DNA of 64,000 nt from Octopus sinensis. Lineage: Eukaryota. Shown in pieces: positions 1-13,058 of this stretch (within the stretch, counting starts at the first letter, position 1; every line of letters begins with the position of its first letter). The notes under the pieces are model-generated. The model ran no database searches, was not told the DNA's origin, and saw only the letters and a program-made list of their open reading frames with translations. The DNA lies in contig NC_043004.1 of the NCBI RefSeq assembly GCF_006345805.1, forward strand, positions 15,500,001 through 15,564,000, given 5' to 3'. The position numbers and the translations under genes were made by a program.

Positions 1-18
1 GCGATGGATCTCGTAATA

Positions 19-636
19 TCAGGGTGTATTTAGATACCCTACTAAATCTCAATTTAATATATAGAGTGTGTGCGTAAGAGATCTGAGGACAGATTTACGT
101 TTATAAAAGAAAAACAGCTATATAATAACAGATAATAACTTTATTTATCAAATAATGCTATGAGGATAAAAATAAACCTTTTTCATAATGTTATTCACTA
201 AAGCCAACTTCAACTTCAACACCTCCTTCTATATGAGATATAAATCATCTACATGCTCGAATCAAGTGTTCCTGGTTCATTTTGGACATTACTCTGACAA
301 TGGCAGCTTTCAAAACATGCTATGCGCGTGTTTATTGACCTCTCTTTCAACAACGCTCCACATGTAATAGTCCAACGGATTGAGATCTGGGGAATTAGGA
401 TGCCAAATTTTAGGGGTTATATGATCATGTGTGATAGTGCAGAGTCTAATTGAAACACATATGACCTTCCATTGCATACACTGTCTATCCAGGGTTTAAC
501 AATTATTTCCAGGATGTCAATGTAGGCGGCAGAGTTGACAAAGGCCTTGTGGAAAGAAGGTAGTAGGCATCCCATGTCCTTCATTGCTGAATACCTCTAA
601 AACCATGACAGTTGCAGGAAAGTTTGTATGCATAAC
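19..636 (-). mobile_element. Tc1/mariner-superfamily (maT/DD37D-like) transposon 3' remnant with decayed transposase at ~191-636
   Basis: Minus-strand translation across frameshifts gives VMHTNFPATVMVL...VNSAAYIDILEIIVKPWIDSVCNGRSYVFQLDSALSH, then WHPNSPDLNPLDYYMWSVVEREVNKH, then IRACR*FISHIEGGVEVEVGFSE*. SPDLNPLDY is maT/Tc1-like. The D-to-D spacer is shortened by a deletion. A CAGGGTG TIR-like end lies near position 19. Confidence 0.8.
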
Positions 637-639
637 ATT

Positions 640-2035
640 TGGAATTTCAGAAGAGTCTGCACATCACCAACTGTGATTTGTTAACTTTTTGAAATCTTCT
701 ACAAAAACTAACCAAACTCCGTTTTGGTTAGTTTTTGGACAATGTTAAACAGGGCAGGGCCTGTTGAGGAAAAGAAATTGTGTCGCAGTGTACCTATATG
801 TTATGATCCTGTATTGGGCAGGGGATGTATGGCCCGTGGTTCCAGCCTTGGATGAACCTTGAAGCTAATGTACAGCTCGTGGTGGCGCTCGAGATAGCAG
901 AGTTTCAAGGCTTTGAGGCGGTCCCAGTAATCGATATCACTCATGCACTTAATTCATTTAGTGAATGCCCTCTGGGGTGATTCAATTTTCGACATGTTTT
1001 GCATTGTATGGGGAGACTAGTTTTTGGACAATGTTAAACAGGGCAGGGCCTGTTGAGGAAAAGAAATTGTGTCGCAGTGTACCTATATGTTATGATCCTG
1101 TATTGGGCAGGGGATGTATGGCCCGTGGTTCCAGCCTTGGATGAACCTTGAAGCTAATGTACAGCTCGTGGTGGCGCTCGAGATAGCAGAGTTTCAAGGC
1201 TTTGAGGCGGTCCCAGTAATCGATATCACTCATGCACTTAATTCATTTAGTGAATGCCCTCTGGGTGATTCAATTTTCGACATGTTTTGCATTGTATGGG
1301 GAGACCACAGGGGCAGCTGTATTCGAGGTGTGGCCGTACAAAGGAGGAGAAAATTGGAATGAATGTTCTTAAGATCCATGAACTCATCCTCTGAGCTATA
1401 TCGAACTTATTGTTGATATGGGCACTCTAACTGAGATTGTTATCAACCACTACTTCTAGGTCTCTGATACTATTAGATACTGTGAGGGGTTCCTGAAGGA
1501 AAAGAGTATGGCTGTTTTAGTATTGTCTTTCTTCCAAAATGCATCAGCTCGAATTTTTCCTCGTTTAGTCACATTTTGTGATTGTCTGCTCATCGAATCA
1601 CGGCATTTAGATCAGACTGGAGTTGAGCTCAGTTTTCCTATTTATTGATGATTTGCAGGAGCTTAGTATCGTCAGCAAATATTTTCCCTTTGCAGTGTTC
1701 TACGACACTGGAAATGTCGTTTATGTAGATTATAAATTGGAGCGGGCCCATGACAGTCCGCTGGTGACTTTAGCTGGGCTTGAATAGACTCCTTCGACCA
1801 CAATATATTGTGTTCTGTTTGCCAGGAAATATTCAGTCCAGTGTAGAAGTTTTCCACGGATTCCAACATTTGTCAAATTTGAGAGTAAGATATTATGGTC
1901 AACTCTGTCGAACGCTTTACTGAAGTCAAGATATATGACATCAAAGTTGGAACCTGTTCCCAAGGCTTTAAGTATATCCACAATGTGGTGTAATAGTTGT
2001 GTTAGATAGTCCCTGCTACAGTGAAAGCCATGCTA
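640..2035 (-). mobile_element. CR1/L2-clade LINE ORF2 (reverse transcriptase) 3' remnant, 5'-truncated
   Basis: ORF 1730-1981 contains DVIYLDFSKAFDRVDH. FADDTKL lies at ~1660-1680. SFVRPHLEYSCP-WSPY...QRAFTK...YWDRLKALKL lies at ~1190-1345. Many stops and frameshifts. Confidence 0.9.
729..1305. repeat. Near-perfect tandem duplication, two copies of ~289 bp (729-1017, 1018-1305), inside the LINE
   Basis: Both copies start TAGTTTTTGGACAATG and end GCATTGTATGGGGAGAC. The only difference I saw is one G indel (ctctggggtga vs ctctgggtga). Confidence 0.95.
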
Positions 2036-2041
2036 ATGTAC

Positions 2042-2238
<197 letters not shown>

Positions 2239-2394
2239 ATAAATAGATATTTATATGTATATGTATGTATTTACGTACGTATGCATGTATTTACGTTAGA
2301 TATATAGGTGTTATAATAGCTTCAGTTTAATAGTTTCATTATTATTAATAGTGTAACTATTAAACTGAATGTATCTCACATTACAATAGACAAT

Positions 2395-2580
2395 GCTGAA
2401 ATATTGTAAGAGATAACAGATTGCTTCCGGCTCGTATTAGGCAAGTAGTTGACATTTGTTTGGCCCATGACATTGCATGGACCCTAAGGTAGGTATGTGT
2501 AAAATTTGAATAAAATCAGTTGAGTAGTTCTCAAGTTTTAAGGATTCCGACAGGCAGACACACATTCTTAGTTATATATA
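2395..2580. mobile_element. Possible non-autonomous Helitron/Helentron-like remnant
   Basis: GTATGTGTAAAATTTGAATAAAATCAGTTGAGTAGTT...ACAGGCAGACAC...TTATATAT resembles the end of Lep1/DINE-1-like elements. This is recalled similarity only. Confidence 0.25.
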
Positions 2581-3067
2581 TTAAGATATACATATATAAT
2601 ATAGTATAATAAATATAATATAATATAGGAAAATGGAGTGTTTGCTCACAGGAAATATATGTTTATTTATATAATAGTCAAATTTAAATCGATTACGTAC
2701 GTTTCAGTTTCTTACTTTCATTCATATTTTGTGACTAAGATCGCATTATGCATTTAAAAGGTGCAAACCTTTTCAGGGCAAAAATTTACAAATATCCATT
2801 CATATCCGAATGGATGGGGAATTGCTTATTTTCCATTTTTCTTATATTATATTATTAAAATTGTTTTATTTTTTTTCTATGTCGAATGGAGGAAAATATT
2901 TATGCCAACAACTGGAACTTCATAAGTGTTAACATTAATGCTAACACAAATTAATGAATTCTAAAGTATATTAATTGATATGGAGATAAATCGGTGTGTG
3001 CTTGCATTAAAATACCTGCCACTGAAAGAGCAGCCTCTTTCTGTTTGAAACCTCATAAACACTTGTT

Positions 3068-3145
<78 letters not shown>

Positions 3146-3894
3146 TTTGTGTGTGTATATGTGCATGTATATGCATACATACATACATATATACACGCAT
3201 ACATTTATGAATGTATAATGTAAGTAAGTTTTCTAAGGGAATATATTATTTATAAATTAGCATATACACATATAAATGCACGTATGCATGCGTTTATACA
3301 CGTAACACCGATTTTTATACACGATACATACCAGTTACACTGCAAAACACTCTCTTCCTCAGCTGTCATAAAAAGACAACGGTTTTGCATATTTTGTTTG
3401 AACGGTTTTACACACCTGTTACACTCTGCATTGATCTGAATTGACACTGTCTAGATAAGGGATTCCACACAGTACGACTCATCTCCCCTTGTCATCCATG
3501 CAAAGGATGAGAAGCGGCAAAATTGATTTGATGAATAGTTTTCCCTCGTCAACTTATGAATCAGTATTTGCTGTCCTTCATAAGTCAATTTTTAATTACG
3601 TTGTATGCCGTGAACCTTCCTACAAATCCTTGGTATCCTAACTCTACTGGAATATATAAAAACATTTTTATTCTCTCACGTTTTCGGATCTTACGTCCTG
3701 TTTTAATTATCACAAATTTTATTTCAGATGATGGCCTATACTTTTCCATTCATTCTCCACTATTTATCAAGGCTTAGAATATGCTGCTGACAATGCAGTT
3801 TCTATTTCAATTGTACACCGTGGGACTTTATGTATAGCTTTACATTTCTTGTAATTAGCTACGTCTTATAGCATTACAACAGTAACAGTATAGC

Positions 3895-4300
3895 GGAAGC
3901 TCACGGTTAGTGGTTAAGGTGTTGGACTCATTATCATACGATTGATCTTTGATTCTTCCACAGGGGGATGTGTTGTATTTTTGAGCAAAACAATGCATTT
4001 CATGTTGCTCCAGTCGAATCACCCGAAAGAAATGGAGGAATATATACGCAAGAGAAACCGAGAAACCAGCCCTATGCTCCTCACAGAATAATGTATGTGA
4101 ACCATTTATAGTATTATTAGTAGTAGATTGTGGAGGTGCACGACTTAACGTTTAGGGTACTGGACTCGTGACCATAAGATTGGGGTTTTGATTCCTTGAC
4201 CGGATCACGTGTTGAGATCTTGAGCAAAACACTTCCTTCAAAGTGTGAATATATACGGTATGGAAACCGGAAAAGCGGCCGTACGAGTCTTTATGAGTCG
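3895..4300 (+). mobile_element. Two adjacent degenerate tRNA-derived SINE copies (V-domain-like family): ~3895-4085 and ~4128-4300
   Basis: Each has a tRNA-like head (GTGGTTAAGGTGTTGGACTCA...TTGATTC), then TGTGTTG..TTGAGCAAAACA, then a GAAACCG tail motif. Same family as 23335-23475 and 34700-34945. Confidence 0.6.
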
Positions 4301-4974
4301 GTAAAGAATTATAATTTTTTTTTTGGTTTTAGTAGTAGATTATGATATTTGATATTGTGTTTGTTTATAAAATAATTACAGAAACGATGGACGCACCTTT
4401 GAAGTAGTAGAATTGATAGAAATACATAATTCGAGGAATATTTATAAGATTTATGTGGTGTATTGGACTACACTAGTTATTGTGACGTGCTTTCTTGCAT
4501 TGTAATTAAATTGCGTTAAATATGGCTTTGTGACATGATGAAAATATTTGTTATATGATACTTGATTACAATAAAGGGGCATTCAAAAATCAAAGTATGT
4601 ACTGGATTATTTCATTTTCTTTTAATATGGTATGTATACTAAAGATTCAAAGTTTATGGACGCACGACGGAAGTAAACTGATTTGAGATATGTTGCAAAC
4701 ATAACATAATTTTAGGACGTAGTTTTTGAGTAATCTGCCTGCTTCTTGCAGACTAACATTTTTGACGAACTTCATCCATTGTCTCTATGAAATCCATCTG
4801 AAACAAATGAGGATGATGCATGTGCTGTGCAGTGTCGATAGTGTGCATAAGCCATCAATGTCATTGACCTCTGCAGAGAGTTTGTGTCAGCACTAGCATA
4901 TGAAGGTACAGTAGGGATTTCATTCATCAGTACTTATTGGTATGGAATGGAAGAGATGTGCTAGCTCCTATTAT

Positions 4975-5570
4975 CTCAATTTCTGGTTCTTTATTATTTG
5001 CAATCGATTTGGGAAATTTCAGCGTTGCAGTAATTGTTGGTTCTCATTCCTTTATTCTCAAATGGGAAGAAGAGACTTATCTTGTTTAGGAGTTTTCAGC
5101 TATTCAATAACATCATATACGTTGTTCCCGATTCTAAGATTGCTCGTGTTTTCTTTTTTATGGTGTTGCGTACATAGACATGAATTATGCTTTTACTAAT
5201 GATGTCTAGAGAACATTTGGGAGATTTTATTAGTCAGATAAATGGGGTGTTAGTAAAGTTATATTTATTATTCTTCATTATCGTGTATGAGCATTTACAA
5301 GCTAAATTATATATTGTATCATCTATTTTAAAGGTTGTGACTATATATTTTGGCACTTGTGTTTATGCCGTTTGAATTTCCAGACGTTATTTTTATTACT
5401 GTTCGAGCCTGAGTTAGAATGTAGGAGATTTTAAGAAGATTGACTTATCTGGTAGAGATTACTTGTCTTATCAAATTTTACGAATAAATTGGCGCTGGAA
5501 TCACTGGCTTTGAAACAGTTAATTTTCTGCTTCAGATCATTCGACAAAGTATTCGATCGTTTGTTGCATC
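4975..5570 (-). mobile_element. Penelope-like element (Naiad/Neptune-type) RT N-terminal remnant
   Basis: Minus-strand fragments LFVKFDKTSNLYQIS, PFI*LIKSPKCSLDIISKSII and NNVYDVIE*LK resemble the ADKTxNxY, RLINPxKxELGxISK and WxNTxxVIxW motifs of this PLE group. Heavily decayed. Confidence 0.55.
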
Positions 5571-5629
5571 TTATGTTTTGTATATACTATATACTATATA
5601 TATATATGCACATGCATAAAAAAATATAC

Positions 5630-5663
<34 letters not shown>

Positions 5664-5850
5664 ACATATATATAAAAACATACACCACATCAATCTGTCT
5701 ATACATATATACAAAGATATACATATATACATATCTATCTTTGTAATTGTATACGGTTATGTTTAACATAGATATATATTCACGTATATATACAGTTTGA
5801 TTTACAATTCCCTTCACGTTCGTATAATGCAAAGAATAATGTTTTATGTA

Positions 5851-6720
5851 TTGGGTCATCCCATAAGTAATGCCGTTCTTTTATACTTCTTTTATATTTC
5901 AAAATTAAGATAAACAAAGATATTTTTTAATCTAAAATATACTCTTCTTGTTTTTCTACAATGTTCTTCCATGTATCTGATAGGTTTGCAAGGTTCATCT
6001 TCCTAAATTCGCTTATCCGTGACGAAAAATACTCCTCCAGTTCTGTTCTGATTTCATCTATAGAATTCATATTTTTCCGTCCAAATGATTTTGAAGACTG
6101 CATAATAAATGATAATCAGATGGGGCAATATCTGACGAATATGGTGGATGGGGTATCGTTTCCCATTGAAACTGCTCCAGCCCTTGGAATGTCATCCTCT
6201 CTGTATTTTACCAAGCATTATCTTAATGGAAGAACACCTTTCGTCTGGAAACCAAATATTGTCGTTTTCTTTCAAGCGCTGACTTAAGCCGCTCAAGCTG
6301 CTCCCAGGAGATTTCCTTTACTATCGTTTGCTTTGGATATAAAATTTCAAAGTGGACAAAATGTTTTATAACTCACCAAAGAGTTAGCAACACCTTACGT
6401 GGGTGAAAAACTTTTTAGCCTGGGGCGCCGGTGTTTCTTTTCCTATCCTGTCTTCGGTGTTTGGTATTGGTATAGAGATCCAATTTTACGTCACCAGTCA
6501 CTATTCGGTCCAAAAATGCTTCATTCGTGAGGCGTGACAGCAAAGAAAAGCACACATTCACCCTCTGCGCGCGATTAAACCTGATCTGTTGAATTTCCCA
6601 ATGGCACGTAAGTGTCCATGAATAGTTGACCAAATCCAAGCTTCTATGATTTTGAAGCATCAAAATGCGTCGCTCACTCTTCATGCCACAATAATTTCTT
6701 TTTAGAAAATCAAAGAGTGA
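5851..6720 (-). mobile_element. mariner (DD34D) transposon, 5'-truncated, transposase pseudogene ending at 5927
   Basis: FLDRIVTGD in ORF 6415-6729, then VFFH*DNAW, then WETIPHPPYSSDIAPSDYHLLCSLQNHLDG...TWKNIVEKQEEYILD*. The TIR TTGGGTCATCCCATAAGT starts at 5851 after a TA. Confidence 0.93.
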
Positions 6721-7008
6721 ATGGCTCATTCATCCTCCAAAATAGCAGTCACCTTGATATATTGTGTCAGTCCCTGTCTCAAGTTATTGGGCCTTGGAGA
6801 ACAAGTGAAACGATACTTTATAGAGCGAGCCTTCATTTTCGTATCAAAAAGATACTCCAACATATACGCATTGGCAAGAGACCTGTTGAAGAAAACGTGT
6901 CTTCATTGGCTTTAAATACTTCCAGTACAACAGAGCTGACATGCGCACATCATTCAGTTAACTGTCAACTGCCGTGGTACAGACTTCACACATAATTTCG
7001 TCAATATT

Positions 7009-8296
7009 CTTTTCTACTCTAGGCACAAGCCCCAAAATTTTGGCGGAGTGGGGGCCAGTCGATTGGATCGACTCAACAGCTGGTACTTAATTTATCGACC
7101 CCGAAAGGATGAAAGCTAAAGTCGACCACGGTGGAATTTGAACTCAGAATGTAAAGACAGATGAAAATATTGCTAAACAATTCCGTTAATATTTATTTCC
7201 TAATTGCCCACAGGGGGCTAAACATAGAGGAGACAAACGATGACAGACAAAGGGATTAAGTCGATTACATCAACCCCAGTGCGTAACTGGTAACTATTTA
7301 ATCGACTGCGAAATGATGAAGGGCAATGTCAAACTAGGCGGAATTTGAACTCAGACCCTAAAGACAGACGAAATACCGCTAAGCATTTCGCCCGGCGTGC
7401 TAAAGTTTCTGCTAGCTCGCCACCCCAAAGTTCCGTCAATATTCTTACTTCTTTACTGCCCATAAAGGGATACACTAGGAGAGGAGAAACGAGGACAGAC
7501 AAATGGATTACGTCGATTGCATCGGCCCCAGTGCATAACTGCTACGTATTTAATTGGCCCGGAAAAGATGAAAGGGAAAGTCTACCTCGGCGGAATTTGA
7601 ACTCAGTACGCAAAGACAGACGAAATACCTATTTCTTATTTCTTTACTACCCACAAGGGGCTAAACACAGAGGGGACAAACAAGGACAGACAAACGGATT
7701 AAGTCGATTATATCGAACCTACTGCGTAACTGGTACTTATTTAATCGACCCCGAAGGGATGAAAGGCAAAGTCGGCGGAATTTGAACTCAGAACGTAACG
7801 GCAGACGAAATACCTATTTCTTTACTACCCACAAGGTGCTAAACACAGAGAGGACAAACAAGGACAGACAAACGGATTAAGTCGATTACATCGACCCCTG
7901 TGCTTAACTGGTACTTAATTTATCGACCTCGAAAGGATGAAAGGCAAAGTCGACCTCGGTGGAATTTGAACTCAGTACGTAACGGCAGAAAAAATACGGC
8001 TACGCATTTCGCCCGGCGTGCTAACGTTTCTGCCAGCTCGCCGACTTCCTCTTTCTTTACTACCCACAAGGGGCTAAGCACAAAGAGGACAAACAAGGAC
8101 AGATAAACGGATTAAGTCGATTATGTCGACCCCAGTGCGTAACTGGTACTCATTTAATCGACCGCGAAAGGATGAAAGGCAAAGTCGACTTCGGCGGCAT
8201 TTGAACTCAGAACGTAGCGGCAGACGAAATACTCAGAACGTAACGACAGGCGAGCATTTCGCCCGGCGTTCTAACGTTTCTGCCAGTTTGCCGCCC
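7009..8296 (-). mobile_element. Head-to-tail cluster of six tRNA-derived SINE units (Meta/MESC-like central domain): ~7009-7175, 7194-7425, 7444-7628, 7629-7813, 7814-8043, 8050-8296
   Basis: Repeated unit (sense) GGCGGCGAGCTGGCAGAA...GTTCTGAGTTCAAATTCCGCCGAGGTCGACTTTGCCTTTCATCCTTTCGGGGTCGAT...AAGTACCAGTT...CTGGGGTCGATGTAATCGACT plus tail. The domain name is from memory. Confidence 0.92.
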
Positions 8297-8329
8297 AAAT
8301 ATTCCGTCAATATTGAAACAAAAAGTTTC

Positions 8330-8525
8330 AAGGCGGTGAATTAGCATGCCGTTAGCGGTATTTTGCTCGTCTTTGGCTTCAGAGTTCAAATTCAGCCGAG
8401 ATCGAATTTACCTTTCATCCTTTTGTGGTTGATAAATTAAGTACCAGTTCTATTACTGGGGTCGATGTAATCGACTTACAGCTTTCCCCCGACATAACAG
8501 GCTTTGCTCCAAAATTTGAAACAAA
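8330..8525 (+). mobile_element. Older copy of the same SINE in the opposite orientation, with a different 3' tail
   Basis: AAGGCGGTGAATTAGC...AGAGTTCAAATTC...CCTTTCATCCTTTTGTGGTTGATAAATTAAGTACCAGT...CTGGGGTCGATGTAATCGACT...CCAAAATTTGAAAC. Confidence 0.85.
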
Positions 8526-8939
8526 TTTTAAAGATATAGCTTTCTAAATTTGGTAATGCAATGTAATCACATTCCAGTTGTGCAGCAAGATTGCAGTTTG
8601 AGGGTCAGCAGTCTGAGCAAAACACTTCACCCACGCACGATTGAAGTCAGTGGTTGCAGATAATACTCTGGTTTTAATGCTCTCTTTCCTTTCTTTAGTC
8701 TTTTTCATCCATGAGGCAATCTGTGAAAACAATCAGTAGTACTCCGCAGATCTGTGGATATTAAATAGCCTGCCTTGCTTCATCAATGACGCCGCATTGC
8801 TTCTGCAGAGAATCCCGTCTTTGCTTGCATGGGAGGATGACAATAAAAAAAACTTCTTGTAGATTTGATAATAAACGTATATTCTCATTTTCCATGACTA
8901 TCTGAACAATCTTCGGCCACCCTGGGGCACAGATTTGAA

Positions 8940-9075
8940 GGTTTTAGATCGAAGCACAGTTTTTTTTTCAAAATCTGGCACTTATGTTATCGCTCCATAT
9001 GCGTGACTGCTAAGTCACGGGGATGTAATCAAATTAGCGTCCCTGGTCCTTGAACAACGTAGACACACTCACACA
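8940..9075 (-). mobile_element. Old 3' half of the CORE-like SINE
   Basis: CTGCTAAGTCACGGGGATGTAA and an (AC)n end match the module CCGCTAAGTTACGAGGATGTAAAC at 19561. Confidence 0.4.
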
Positions 9076-9907
9076 TACACTCTGTGTTGAAGCATATTCT
9101 GTCGTGTCTGGGGACAGTCATTCTCTTTTGCTGCCTTATAATTTAACACACTCACCGGTAAAATTTCCACTTATTTCTTCGTTATAGTTCTAAAATTTCC
9201 GTTGCATCTTGCAAACTTTTCAATAGTTTTTACTCTGTCCGTTGTTCACACTGCGTTCCTTTTTGTTTCCTGTGCGCATTTGTGTGGCTTAGTGTGTGTG
9301 TGTGTGTGTATGTGTGCCTACACATGCATGTATGTTTGTGTGTGTATGTATGTATGTGTGTGTACATATTTATATATGTATGTATGTATATTTGTATGTA
9401 TGTATTCTGCATATTCATGAGTTTGCGTGTCCGTGTTTGTGCGTTTTTAAGTATGTGTACGCGCGCACGTGTGTGTTTGTATATGTGTGTGTACCTCAAT
9501 CTCATTGTCTTTGTGTCTGCATGTCTGAGTGTTTGTGTGTGAGCGTGTATGTGTTTTGCAACTATGTACCATGTTTGTATGTATGGATGTGCATCTCCAT
9601 ATATGTGTGGACGTGTGTCACCATATGTGTCCTTGTCTGAAGTAAAGTGATCGTGTATATATGGTCATGTGTTTCAGTCTTCATTTGTGTATGTGTGTGT
9701 TTGTGCGCGTATGTGTGCTTGTTTGTTCATATAACCTATGTACTTATCCGCCTGTATGTTGATCTGTTTACTTTCACATCCATATGGTAATGTACATGTA
9801 AACATACATATATATATACATACACACGCCAAACACACATTTACCTATCTACAGCCCACTAACTATTCTCCTCTACCTGTGTAAACTGTGGTGGGTATGG
9901 GGGTGTG

Positions 9908-10011
9908 ATATCTACGTATATTTCCTATTTAGTATTGGGGAAGTTTCACTTATGAGGGCGTACTACTGAAACTTCTCCAATACTAAATTGGATATATACA
10001 TAGTAGATATT
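9908..10011. other. Long hairpin: 22-bp stem (9927-9948 with 9967-9988), 18-nt loop and an imperfect basal stem
   Basis: ATTTAGTATTGGGGAAGTTTCA pairs with TGAAACTTCTCCAATACTAAAT with one G:U. The flanks ATATCTAC/GTAGATAT and GTATAT/ATATAC also pair. Confidence 0.85.
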
Positions 10012-10037
10012 ATAAGGTTCTAAAAGACAATGATTCT

Positions 10038-10094
<57 letters not shown>

Positions 10095-10101
<7 letters not shown>

Positions 10102-13058
10102 GACGAACGTCTTTCAGCGTCTGTACACCAAATCCATTCACAAGGCTGACTGGTGAACAGCAATTGTAGATGACACTTGCCCAAGTCATCTGGTAGGACT
10201 GAACCTGGAACTGCGTGACAGGGGTGATACAAACTCCTAACCACATATATTAATATATATCTGCGCATGCGTGTATTTCACTACTGCGTTGTGTGTTAGT
10301 TCCTAATTACGTAGTTAACGATTGAACGATTTCGTTCGTTTCCTATCAGTAATAAAATCATATTTAAAATACGTTTACGTGATTTATGCATTTACATGAA
10401 ATAAATAATAAAATTATAGAAGAATCTTTGTTCCAAAGTTAAGTGCATTATGTTTTTGCAATACGTACTTTACGATAAATACTCCAACATGCTCAGCTTG
10501 CATGATGAATATATCTGAACTGGTTTATGTGAAAATACAACCAGGTATAATTAATTGCTTTAAATGGTATCAACATTTCTAAAACAGATGCAGTTTTCCC
10601 ATATTCTCCAATTTTATAACGATAAACATTTAGGCATGAAATCAAATGCTGAAATCATATTACTTAGCATTCGGAAAGTATATTTTCAAAATTTACATGT
10701 AAATTCAGAGGCAATGCTAGTTTATGTTTTTTTTTCTTCCTTTATATAAACGCGACTTATTAAAAAAAAAATGTCTGTGGAAATTGTATAGTGAAAATAG
10801 CTGACATAATAAACCAAGTAACTGACAAAAATATGGAATACACAAATTTAGATAAATTTAAAATTCATTCCTTTTTCTATTTTTCGATAAATATGATTTG
10901 AATTTATTTTAAGTATTCGTAATAAAATCTTGTAAATTTTCTCTATTTTAAGAAACGAAATAATAACAATAATGACAAATGTAATGATATATTTCTTTCT
11001 TTCTTCTTATATGCATATCTGTGCCATAAATCTATAAAAATGGTTTTAAATAATTTACTTCTGATTAGTTTAATCTGAAGCCCAGAAGCGCTTGTAAATT
11101 TCAACGTTTATTTTCTATAATTAATCTCTAAATATCGAAGGATTGTCGGATTTTAAACTCATTTCTTATTTTCTGTATTAGAAATAATTGTTTTTGACGC
11201 TTATTTACTTTAATGTAAAATAATATTTACAGAAAAATAAGAAATATTTTGAAAAATTATATATTTTAACGAATTTAAATTCAATACGTTGATATTCAGT
11301 TCTAATATGCAGCACTTATTTTGTTTGGACTATATCTGCTGTGAAATATATATGTAAGCGTAATTGCTGAGAAAAACAGACTTGACGATAATTGTCTGCA
11401 TGCGTTAGCACTTATACTATGCATAATGAAGCGTAGTTATATGTACATACATACCATTATACGTCCAGACTTGATTACATGCATATATATATATCTATAT
11501 ATGTGTGTATGTGTGTGTGTATGTGTGCATATGCACTTGTATATATATATATATATACTTATATATATATATATAATATATATATATATATATAATATAT
11601 GACGAACGTCTTTCAGCGTCTGTACACCAAATCCATTCACAAGGCTGACTGGTGAACAGCAATTGTAGATGACACTTGCCCAAGTCATCTGGTAGGACTG
11701 AACCTGGAACTGCGTGACAGGGGTGATACAAACTCCTAACCACATATATTAATATATATCTGCGCATGCGTGTATTTCACTACTGCGTTGTGTGTTAGTT
11801 CCTAATTACGTAGTTAACGATTGAACGATTTCGTTCGTTTCCTATCAGTAATAAAATCATATTTAAAATACGTTTACGTGATTTATGCATTTACATGAAA
11901 TAAATAATAAAATTATAGAAGAATCTTTGTTCCAAAGTTAAGTGCATTATGTTTTTGCAATACGTACTTTACGATAAATATTCCAACATGCTCAGCTTGC
12001 ATGATGAATATATCTGAACTGGTTTATGTGAAAATACAACCAGGTATAATTAATTGCTTTAAATGGTATCAACATTTCTAAAACAGATGCAGTTTTCCCA
12101 TATTCTCCAATTTTATAACGATAAACATTTAGGCTTGAAATCAAATGCTGAATCATATTACTTAGCATTCGGAAAGTATATTTTCAAAATTTACATGTAA
12201 ATTCAGAGGCAATGCTAGTTTATGTTTTTTTTTTTCTTCCTTTATATAAACGCGACTTATTAAAAAAAAAATGTCTGTGGAAATTGTATAGTGAAAATAG
12301 CTGACATAATAAACCAAGTAACTGACAAAAATATGGAATACACAAATTTAAATAAATTTAAAATTCATTCCTTTTTCTATTTTTCGATTAAATATGATTT
12401 GAATTTATTTTAAGTATTCGTAATAAAATCTTGTAAATTTTCTCTATTTTAAGAAACGAAATAATAACAATAATGACAAATGTAATGATATATTTCTTTC
12501 TTTCTTCTTATATGCATATCTGTGCCATAAATCTATAAAAATGGTTTTAAATAATTTACTTCTGATTAGTTTAATCTGAAGCCCAGAAGCGCTTGTAAAT
12601 TTCAACGTTTATTTTCTATAATTAATCTCTAAATATCGAAGGATTGTCGGATTTTAAACTCATTTCTTATTTTCTGTATTAGAAATAATTGTTTTTGACG
12701 CTTATTTACTTTAATGTAAAATAATATTTACAGAAAAATAAGAAAAAATTTGAAAAATTATATATTTTAACGAATTTAAATTCAATACGTTGATATTCAG
12801 TTCTAATATGCAGCACTTATTTTGTTTGGTCTATATCTGCTGTGAAATATATATGTAAGCGTAAATGCTGAGAAAAACAGACTTGACGATAATTGTCTGC
12901 ATGCGTTAGCACTTATACTATGCATAAGGAAGCGTAGTTATATGTACATACATACCATTATACGTCCAGACTTGATTACATGCATATATATATATCTATA
13001 TATGTGTGTATGTGTGTGTGTATGTGTGCATATGCACTTGTATATATATATATATATA

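Noticed and set aside
5234-5236. In-frame TGA in the Naiad-like RT, considered as possible selenocysteine (reported for some Naiads)
   Set aside because: It aligns to the Arg of the RLINP-type motif, so CGA to TGA decay is the simpler explanation, and the fragment has other stops.
7009-8525. Regularly repeated units resembling a CRISPR array or tRNA cluster
   Set aside because: The units are ~200-bp SINE copies with degenerate tRNA-like heads. There are no unique spacers, no cas genes and no complete cloverleaf.
8544-8732. 62-aa ORF in moderately GC-rich sequence
   Set aside because: No recognisable domain and no convincing splice boundaries.
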